From the NCBI GenBank assembly GCA_022707945.1, contig JAKIZQ010000004.1:1-32436 (forward strand): 32,436 bases of DNA. Reading direction: 5' to 3'. The translations under genes and the position numbers were made by a program. Positions 25,404 through 32,436 of this stretch are shown piece after piece. How positions within the stretch are numbered: position 1 is the stretch's first letter; every line of letters begins with the position of its first letter. The notes beneath the pieces were generated by a model. That model was given only the letters and a program-made list of their open reading frames with translations, ran no database searches and had not been told where the DNA came from. The stretch comes from Bdellovibrionales bacterium. GTDB taxonomy: Bacteria > Bdellovibrionota > JAFGOL01.

Positions 25404-26165
25404 TTAACCAAACCTTCCTGTAATATAATCCTCTGTTATTTTAAACTCAGGATTTGTGAACATTAGATTAGTTCTATTATACTCTATAAGTTTCCCCATC
25501 ATAAAAAACGCTGTATAGTCAGATACCCTTGCCGCTTGTTGCATGTTGTGTGTAACTATTATTATTGTATATTTCTTTTTTAGTTCTTGTATAAGTTCCT
25601 CTATTTTTATAGTAGCAGTTGGATCCAAAGCAGAGGCTGGTTCGTCCATTAAAAGAATATCAGGCTCTACAGCTAAAGCTCTTGCAATACAAAGTCTTTG
25701 TTGCTGTCCTCCAGAAAGGTCAAAAGCACTTGCATTAAGCCTGTCCTTAACTTCTTCCCATAACGCCGCACCTTTTAAACTTTCTTCAATTCTTCTAGAT
25801 ATTAGATCTTTATTCTTGATACCGTTTATTCTTAATCCATACGCTACATTCTCAAAAATACTTTTTGGGAAAGGATTAGATTTTTGAAACACCATTCCAA
25901 CCTTTCTTCTTAGTTCAACAACATCTACGTCTTTATGTATTATATTCTCTCCATCAAGCATTATCTTTCCCTCATACCTTGCACCAAGTATAAGGTTATT
26001 CATAAGATTTATACTTCTAAGAAAAGTAGATTTACCACAACCAGAAGGACCGATAATCCCTGTCACAGAATTTTTTTCTATTTTAACATTTACATCAGTT
26101 AAAGCCCTTTTGTCGCCATAATAAAAATTAAAATCAATTACTTCTATTACTGGATCTTTTATCAT
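25404..26165 (-). CDS. pstB: Phosphate ABC transporter ATP-binding protein PstB
   Basis: 253 aa with Walker [10 protein letters not shown], signature [14 protein letters not shown] and Walker B ILLMDEP. Confidence 0.97.
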   Translation of the reverse strand: MIKDPVIEVIDFNFYYGDKRALTDVNVKIEKNSVTGIIGPSGCGKSTFLRSINLMNNLILGARYEGKIMLDGENIIHKDVDVVELRRKVGMVFQKSNPFPKSIFENVAYGLRINGIKNKDLISRRIEESLKGAALWEEVKDRLNASAFDLSGGQQQRLCIARALAVEPDILLMDEPASALDPTATIKIEELIQELKKKYTIIIVTHNMQQAARVSDYTAFFMMGKLIEYNRTNLMFTNPEFKITEDYITGRFG

Positions 26166-26166
26166 A

Positions 26167-27027
26167 TTACTCCTTCCTGTTCTTTCTTAAACGATATCTT
26201 AATATTATTGCACCAAGGTTCATCATGAATACTAGCGCAACAAGTACCATGGCTGTCCCATACGCTATAGGTCTTACTTCCATTATAGAATGATGTTGTG
26301 TTGCCATTATATAGAGGTGATATGGTAGCGCCATAAATTGATCAAAAACACCTTTTGGGAGATATGGAAGATAAAAAGCAACGCCGGTGAATAAAAGTGG
26401 AGCTGTTTCGCCAGCCGCTCTTGATAATCCGAGTATCGTACCTGTTAGCATCCCTGGTATTGCATATGGTATTACGTTAGTGCTTATTGCTTGCCATTTT
26501 GTTGCACCAAGAGCTAATGCACCTTCTCTAAAAGACATCGGTATATTTTTTAGAGCTTCCTCAGAAGCAGTAATAGTCATTGGCAATGTCATTAAACTTA
26601 AAGTTAAACCAGAAGCAAGAACACTTGTACCAATGTTCATTAGTTGCACAAACAGAACAACGCCGAATAATCCATAAACTATTGACGGCACTCCTGCCAA
26701 GTTCCTTATTGATATACGTATCAATCTTGTGAACCAATTTTGTTTTGCATATTCGTTAAGATATATTGCACAGCCCATGCCAAGAGGGATAGAAAAAATT
26801 GCTGTTATTATCGTTACAAGAAAGGTACCTATGATAGCAGGCATAATGCCACCTTCTGTCATGCCTTGTGTTGGTGATTTAATCAAAAAATCTATATTTA
26901 TAACGCTGTAACCATTGATTAATATATTGGTAAATATGACTATTATGATAAGTACAACCAACAGTAAACAAGCTGTTAGGATCATAAAACCAATCTTCTC
27001 TTTTATTCTATTGATATCTATCTTCAT
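26167..27027 (-). CDS. pstA: Phosphate ABC transporter permease PstA
   Basis: 286-aa multi-TM permease with the EAA-loop region ([12 protein letters not shown]), in the second permease position of the pst operon. Confidence 0.93.
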   Translation of the reverse strand: MKIDINRIKEKIGFMILTACLLLVVLIIIVIFTNILINGYSVINIDFLIKSPTQGMTEGGIMPAIIGTFLVTIITAIFSIPLGMGCAIYLNEYAKQNWFTRLIRISIRNLAGVPSIVYGLFGVVLFVQLMNIGTSVLASGLTLSLMTLPMTITASEEALKNIPMSFREGALALGATKWQAISTNVIPYAIPGMLTGTILGLSRAAGETAPLLFTGVAFYLPYLPKGVFDQFMALPYHLYIMATQHHSIMEVRPIAYGTAMVLVALVFMMNLGAIILRYRLRKNRKE

Positions 27028-27917
27028 CTTTTTTGTTTCTTGTTAAAAATTATTTCTGCGGCAAGGTTAACTGCAAATGTTATAAGGAATAGTGCTAACC
27101 CGACTACGAACAAAGCATAATAATGAGCAGTGCCATATGCCACTTCGCCAAGCTCTATGGCAATTACAGAAGTCATCGTCTTAACTGAATCGAATAAACT
27201 GTTGGGCATAGCTCCTGCACAGCCTGTAGCCATTAGCACAGTCATTGTTTCACCTATTGCTCTACCCATGCCAAGCATTGTGGCCGCAATAATACCAGAA
27301 GAAGCCGCAGGTATTCTTACTCTTATTATTGTTTGCCATTTTGTTGCACCCAAAGCCAACGACGCTTCTGTATATGATTTAGGAACACTTTTTAAGGCAT
27401 CCTCTGTAAGGCTTATTATCGTCGGCATAGCCATTATTCCAAGTAATATGGAACCATTTACTGCATTAAGACCGTCGGGAAGATCAAATACTTTAGCTAT
27501 ACTTGGTCCTATTAGAGTTATGCCTATAAAACCAATAACTACAGATGGGATACTTGCCAATATCTCTACAACTGGTTTTGCTATTTCTCTAACCCTATTG
27601 CTTGCGAGATCTGATATAAAAGCCGCGGCGCCAATGCTTATTGGCACAGCAAAGATCATTGCACCTAAGGTTACCAGTAGAGAGCTAACTAACATTGATA
27701 ACATCCCATATGATTCTCTAACATATGAGGTCGGGTTCCAATTAGAACTGAACAAGAATTCTTTTAAGGGTATTTGTTCAAAAGCCGGAAGAGAAGTCCA
27801 GATTAAAAGGACAAATATACCTAAAAGGACCAAGATAACTAAAACAGCATTAACGAGGAAGCCCCCATGAATGAGGGCTTCCTTTATCTTCTTTGAAAGA
27901 GGTAGTCTGTTCTTCAC
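27024..27917 (-). CDS. pstC: Phosphate ABC transporter permease PstC
   Basis: 297-aa multi-TM permease ([14 protein letters not shown]). Its GTG start overlaps the pstS stop (GTGA), and its stop overlaps the pstA start (ATGA). Confidence 0.93.
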   Translation of the reverse strand: MKNRLPLSKKIKEALIHGGFLVNAVLVILVLLGIFVLLIWTSLPAFEQIPLKEFLFSSNWNPTSYVRESYGMLSMLVSSLLVTLGAMIFAVPISIGAAAFISDLASNRVREIAKPVVEILASIPSVVIGFIGITLIGPSIAKVFDLPDGLNAVNGSILLGIMAMPTIISLTEDALKSVPKSYTEASLALGATKWQTIIRVRIPAASSGIIAATMLGMGRAIGETMTVLMATGCAGAMPNSLFDSVKTMTSVIAIELGEVAYGTAHYYALFVVGLALFLITFAVNLAAEIIFNKKQKR

Positions 27918-28780
27918 TTAATACCTAAAACCTTGTTGTTCATCGCTCTTTGAGCTTTGCTTATTGGGAAGAAACCATGCTCTTCCATAAGTTTTGATCC
28001 ATCTACGCCTAATTCATATGAAATAAAATCCTTAACCTCTTTACTTATGTTGCCTTTTACATATTGATACAGAGGTCTTGATATTGGGTATTTGTTAGTA
28101 CTTATATTTAATTTAGTTGGCGCATAGGATTTTTCACCCTTTGCTTTAGAAATATTAAGAACTTTCACATCACTGGAATTTTTAACATAACCAGACCCAA
28201 CATATCCTATTGCAGATTTAGAATTCTTAACAGCCTCTACTATCTGAGCGTTACCGTTCATTTGTTTAACGTTGCCAGAAAAATCTGTCTTATTCAAAAT
28301 ATGTTCAATAAAAAAATCATAAGTACCAGAATTAGCCTGTCTTCCATACAAACTTATCTTTTCATCTTTACCACCAAGTTCTTTCCAATTCTTTATTTCA
28401 CCTTTAAAGATCTGTGCAAGTTGAGCCAGGCTTAATTCCTTAACGCTGTTATTCTTATTAACTATTATGCTTAAACCATCTATAGCTAGAGTTATCTCGT
28501 TAACAGTCCCTTTTGCTGCTGTTTTTTCTTTATCTTTTATATCTCTTGATGAATTAGCTATATCACAAGTGCCATTTATTAATGCCGCAATACCTGTACC
28601 AGAACCACCACCCGTCACAGATATTTTTTTCCCTTTATTCTTTAACATGTATTGCTCGGCCAATTCTTGAACTGTGTTGACCATGGTGTCTGAACCCTTT
28701 ATTTGTAGAACACCTTTTGTTTGAGCAAAAGCACTAGACGCAAACAAGATCATAATAAAAAACAGATTAGTCTTTTTCAT
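27914..28780 (-). CDS. pstS: Phosphate ABC transporter substrate-binding protein PstS
   Basis: 288 aa with a signal peptide, then IKGSDTM...GGGSGTG...SRD, typical of the PstS family. Confidence 0.93.
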   Translation of the reverse strand: MKKTNLFFIMILFASSAFAQTKGVLQIKGSDTMVNTVQELAEQYMLKNKGKKISVTGGGSGTGIAALINGTCDIANSSRDIKDKEKTAAKGTVNEITLAIDGLSIIVNKNNSVKELSLAQLAQIFKGEIKNWKELGGKDEKISLYGRQANSGTYDFFIEHILNKTDFSGNVKQMNGNAQIVEAVKNSKSAIGYVGSGYVKNSSDVKVLNISKAKGEKSYAPTKLNISTNKYPISRPLYQYVKGNISKEVKDFISYELGVDGSKLMEEHGFFPISKAQRAMNNKVLGIK

Positions 28781-28837
28781 AAATATTCCCTCCGAGACCT
28801 ATCTTATTATTTATGTCTGAAGAGACTGTTACGCTTA

Positions 28838-28854
28838 TGTGAAATCTGTGTGAA
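28838..28854 (-). promoter_or_regulatory. Candidate Pho box upstream of pstS
   Basis: The minus strand reads TTCACA-cagat-TTCACA: two identical hexamers at an 11-bp period, ~58 nt upstream of the pstS ATG. Confidence 0.55.
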
Positions 28855-28891
28855 AAATCATAATAACATCACCCAACAAGAACAAATACTT

Positions 28892-28945
28892 TTCACTAAA
28901 ATTTAACAATACCTTCATTAAAACTTAACAGTTAAGAAATATAAC
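28892..28945 (+). promoter_or_regulatory. Candidate Pho box (four phased hexamers) plus -10 for the porin gene
   Basis: TTCACT (28892), TTAACA (28903), TTCATT (28914) and TTAACA (28925) sit at an exact 11-bp spacing. TATAAC follows at 28940-28945, with a GGAGG SD and the ATG at 28980. Confidence 0.6.
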
Positions 28946-28979
28946 TTTACCAAAATTGATATCCACGGAGGATTAAACC

Positions 28980-30197
28980 ATGTTCTATCTAATCTTGTTT
29001 ACATCTTTACTATTTAACTCAAATGCCTCAACAAATTTGGATAATAAGGACGACCTGTTATTACATAAATTATTAGATAAAGGAATCATCTCACAAGAAG
29101 AAGCAGTAGAAATAAAAAACCAACAATCAACATGGATAGATAATCTAAAACCATCCGGAGACTTTAGGTTTAGGTTCCAAGACGATAATCCTGTTGGATA
29201 TGGCAGCAACAGAGACCGAGCAAGAATACGTTTACGAGGTAGGATAGAACCCAAAATAACTGATGACATAAAAGTTGGTGTAGGACTTGCCACTGGTTTT
29301 AATAACAACAATATAGACAATTTAACAGATAAAGACATCGCCAGGTCCACTAATCAAACTCTCGGAGACGGTTTTTCTAAAAAATCAATAAGTCTAGAAC
29401 TAGGTTATGCTGAATATACACCAGTAAGCTGGTTTGGATTGGTGCTTGGGAAATTTAAGAATCCAATATGGGAACCTGGGGACTTAATATGGGATACAGA
29501 TATAAATCCTGAAGGTGTTGCCTTAAAGTTTAAAAGCAAGTTAGACACAAATTTTGAGTTATTTGGCACTACTGATATTTTCTCTCTAGAAGAAAAAGGG
29601 AATGATCCAGATATAATAATGTATACTGCTCAAGCCGGCTTTAATCATAAAGCTACAGAAAAGTTTTCATATAAAGTCGGTTTTTCATACTATGGTTTTT
29701 CTGATCTTAAAGGCAAAAGATTAGATGGTAGTACTTTAAGTAATTCCATAAACAACGACCAAGAAGCTCTCTTACTATATAATTACAATAATATAATAGG
29801 AGCGGTAGAATTCATGTTTAAAAATCCATTTAACACAGAATTGCCATTGCTCTCTATCTTTATTGAATATGTGACAAATGCAAATAACAAAGTCCATGGC
29901 AATAATAAAAATGGATACATGATAGGAACTTTGTTCGGCAGTGAAAAGCTAAAAAAACTTTATGACTGGCAAATAAAATATAATTATGCCGTATTAGAGA
30001 AAGACTCTATCTTAGACATACTACCTGATTCAGATCGTTACTCAGGAAAAACGAACATGAGGGCACACGAACTTGCATTCAACTATGCTCTTGGTTCTAG
30101 TAACTGGATAGGATTAGATTTTTACTATGGAGAACAGCTTAAAGGACCAAAATTACCTGCGACCGTATTACAGCTTGATTGGAATCTACTTTTTTAA
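28980..30197 (+). CDS. Outer-membrane porin, probably Pho-regulated (phosphate-selective porin O/P-like)
   Basis: 405 aa with a signal peptide, alternating beta-strand pattern and a C-terminal ...LDWNLLF (terminal Phe, an OMP signature). It is divergent from pstS behind Pho-box-like repeats. The family assignment is inferred. Confidence 0.7.
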   Translation: MFYLILFTSLLFNSNASTNLDNKDDLLLHKLLDKGIISQEEAVEIKNQQSTWIDNLKPSGDFRFRFQDDNPVGYGSNRDRARIRLRGRIEPKITDDIKVGVGLATGFNNNNIDNLTDKDIARSTNQTLGDGFSKKSISLELGYAEYTPVSWFGLVLGKFKNPIWEPGDLIWDTDINPEGVALKFKSKLDTNFELFGTTDIFSLEEKGNDPDIIMYTAQAGFNHKATEKFSYKVGFSYYGFSDLKGKRLDGSTLSNSINNDQEALLLYNYNNIIGAVEFMFKNPFNTELPLLSIFIEYVTNANNKVHGNNKNGYMIGTLFGSEKLKKLYDWQIKYNYAVLEKDSILDILPDSDRYSGKTNMRAHELAFNYALGSSNWIGLDFYYGEQLKGPKLPATVLQLDWNLLF

Positions 30198-31943
30198 AGG
30201 TATATAAAAGCTAAAAGTTGAGCCAACACCCTCTACACTTTCAACAGAGACATCGCCTCCGTGTGCCTGAACTATATGCTTTACTATGGACAAGCCAAGG
30301 CCCGTACCGCCCAGATCCTTGGATCTGGCTTTATCGACCCTGTAAAATCTTTCAAAGATCCTTGGAAGATCTTTTTCTGGTATGCCTATCCCTGAATCTT
30401 GCACACTAATGACTACACGATCGCCCTTTGCTTCTGAGTAAACATTTATAACAGAATTTGAATCACTATATTTTATAGCGTTGTGTATAAGATTTATTAC
30501 AGCCTGACCAAGAAGAGCCTCGTCATATTTAACTTTAAGAGACCCCACATTGTTCTCTATCTTTATCCCCTTAATGTCTATTGCCTGTTTAACCCTGTCT
30601 ATTGATGTAGATATAAGATCTTTGATGTCTTTTTCCTCTAAATTAAGTTTAAACATCTCAGATTCTATTTTTGATAGGTCTAAAATATCATTTATTAAAG
30701 AAGCAAGCCTTGATGCTTCCATATTTATTATATTTATAAAATTATGTGCATTATCTTTATCACTAAGAGCCCCGTCTAAAAGGGTCTCTGCATAACCTTT
30801 AATACTAGATATGGGTGTTCTTAGCTCATGAGAAACATTAGCAACAAAGTCTCTTCTTATAGTCTCTAATTTTCTTAATTCTGTAATATCGCTAAAAACA
30901 AGTACTGCACCAAAAACATCATTATCCTTAACAACTGGTGAAGCATGTATCAAGAGCGTCTTGTTATATGGCATCAACAAATTCTCTTCTAAACTAAGAA
31001 CACCATCACTCCTCTTTATTACTTTCTCTGCTATATTCTGTATGTTTATGTTCCTTACAAGCTCTATTGGTTTTCTTCCCATTATATTAGTATCTTTTAT
31101 ATGTAACATTTCTTTTAAAGCTGTATTCATTAAAATAATATTACCGTTAAGGTCTATCGCCATAACACCTTCGAACATGCTCATTAGAACAGCCTCAAAT
31201 CTTGAGTTATTTGTAACGACTTCTTCCATTTTAGATTTAATGTTATCACGCATGGAGTTCAGAGCCTTGCCAAGCTCTCCTACTTCATCATTTTTGTTGT
31301 CGCTAAACTTTAGTGTAAGATCACCTGACGCCATCTCTAAGGCCTTCGAGGCTAATTCTCTTATCGGTCGTGATATTATATGAAAAACTAAGAGACCCAA
31401 TACAAGCGTCGCTATAAAAACTAAAGACAGTGAAACAAATAAAGCGCCTTCTATATCTTCTGATATTAAACTTATTTTTTCTATTGGTATGGATAATCTA
31501 AGAAAAGCTTTCTTATTGTTAACTATTATTGGCGTTGCATAATACAGAATATCTTTCTTTAAGGTGGTACTGAATCTTTTACTCCAACCTTCTCCATTCT
31601 TTATGGCGTCTTGTATCTCTGGTCTTTCTATATGATTATCTAATCTCAACATGTCTTTGTGTGAAAGATCTGTGTCTCCTATAACTGTTCCATTATGGTC
31701 TAATATTGTTATCCTCAAAGACAGGTCTTCGCCAATCTGATGGGCAAAATCCTCTAAAGACCCTTTTTCAGTACTAAAATTAGACAAAACATGTCTTATG
31801 GATATAGACTGTTTTTTAATATTATTTTTTAATTGCGAAAGATGATATCTGTTAAAACTAACATCTATATATATAAAAACAAACAACAAGGTAGCTGCCA
31901 TAATAGAACCAAAAGCTAAAAATAATTTGTAATGTAATTTCAT
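30186..31943 (-). CDS. phoR: Phosphate regulon sensor histidine kinase PhoR
   Basis: 585 aa with 2 TM helices, HAMP, PAS, H-box SHELRTPISSIKGY, N box and G boxes (DSGIGIP, GGTGLGLSIVK). Its start overlaps the phoB stop (ATGA). Confidence 0.9.
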   Translation of the reverse strand: MKLHYKLFLAFGSIMAATLLFVFIYIDVSFNRYHLSQLKNNIKKQSISIRHVLSNFSTEKGSLEDFAHQIGEDLSLRITILDHNGTVIGDTDLSHKDMLRLDNHIERPEIQDAIKNGEGWSKRFSTTLKKDILYYATPIIVNNKKAFLRLSIPIEKISLISEDIEGALFVSLSLVFIATLVLGLLVFHIISRPIRELASKALEMASGDLTLKFSDNKNDEVGELGKALNSMRDNIKSKMEEVVTNNSRFEAVLMSMFEGVMAIDLNGNIILMNTALKEMLHIKDTNIMGRKPIELVRNINIQNIAEKVIKRSDGVLSLEENLLMPYNKTLLIHASPVVKDNDVFGAVLVFSDITELRKLETIRRDFVANVSHELRTPISSIKGYAETLLDGALSDKDNAHNFINIINMEASRLASLINDILDLSKIESEMFKLNLEEKDIKDLISTSIDRVKQAIDIKGIKIENNVGSLKVKYDEALLGQAVINLIHNAIKYSDSNSVINVYSEAKGDRVVISVQDSGIGIPEKDLPRIFERFYRVDKARSKDLGGTGLGLSIVKHIVQAHGGDVSVESVEGVGSTFSFYIPLKK

Positions 31944-32436
31944 TTATCTTTAAACCTATAGCCTACACTTCTTATGGTCTCTATATTATCACCATATTTA
32001 CCTAACTTCTGTCTTAATCTTTTTATATGAGTATCTATGGTCCTTGTACTTATATCACCAGAAGCACCCCAAACTTTTTCAAGAAGATGTTCTCTTGTTT
32101 GAACCTGACCTTTGTTACTCAAAAGGTTTAACAAGAGTTTAAATTCCATTGCTGTGAGGTCTATTTTTTTTGTACCTAAAAATGCCTAACATCTATCTTT
32201 ATATCCCCAAATAGTATCAAATCTTGTTCAAATTCATCTCTCTTTAATATTGCTTTAACCCTTAGAACGAGTTCTCTAGGACTAAAAGGTTTGACCACAT
32301 AATCGTCTGCACCAAGCTCAAAACCAAGAACCTTATCAAGTTCCTCTCCCTTTGCAGTTAGCATTAATATCTTGGTTGTAGAAAATTTTTTATTACTCCT
32401 TATGCGCTTACATACTTCCAGCCCATCGATACCTGG
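31940..32436 (-). pseudogene. phoB: PhoB/OmpR-family response regulator, 5'-partial at the window edge and interrupted by a 1-nt frameshift (or sequencing indel)
   Basis: The receiver part ([32 protein letters not shown]...IKIDVRHF) ends at TAG 32176-32178. The winged-helix part (..[38 protein letters not shown]...RSVGYRF) continues in another frame. One extra T in the T5 run (plus-strand A5, 32178-32182) would restore [14 protein letters not shown]. Confidence 0.85.

Noticed and set aside
27130-27870. 246-aa plus-strand ORF
   Set aside because: It lies entirely antisense to pstC, which has clear permease homology. It has a low-complexity Ile/Ala/Pro-rich translation and no SD. This is a typical shadow ORF of a codon-biased membrane gene.

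Overview
AT-rich chromosomal segment from a diderm bacterium (outer-membrane porin, lipoproteins, sigma32-type promoter); no finer taxonomy can be supported. It has three blocks. (1) 1-16.0 kb is a tightly packed minus-strand housekeeping run: class A PBP (frameshifted), alaS, recX, recA, pgpA, a double-FHA protein, lon, a DksA/TraR zinc-finger protein, a TPR plus periplasmic-binding-fold lipoprotein (LpoA-like), dnaJ, dnaK and grpE. (2) 16.1-24.7 kb is an accessory stretch bracketed by tRNA-Glu(CUC) and tRNA-Gln(CUG). Downstream of tRNA-Glu, three ~128-bp same-orientation repeats each end in a copy of the tRNA-Glu 3' end (GGGGACGCCA). They partition the DNA into compact single-operon cassettes: a secreted orphan, an S26 signal-peptidase paralog lacking the nucleophile Ser, and a RelE/RHH toxin-antitoxin pair. 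These are followed by two paralogous secreted orphans, a DUF134/NifX-like pair, two more small secreted orphans, a LysR regulator, an MFS transporter and an untracked 49-aa lipoprotein gene. tRNA-Gln is followed by a 27-bp perfect duplication of its own 3' end around a 132-bp insert. (3) 24.7-32.4 kb is a complete Pho cluster: phoU-pstBACS, a divergent porin behind four phased Pho-box hexamers, phoR, and a phoB interrupted at a homopolymer. No integrase, transposase, CRISPR array or rRNA is recognisable. The best candidate for something undescribed is the tRNA-Glu-anchored, tRNA-mimic-delimited cassette array. Frameshifts in two genes mean sequence quality needs checking.
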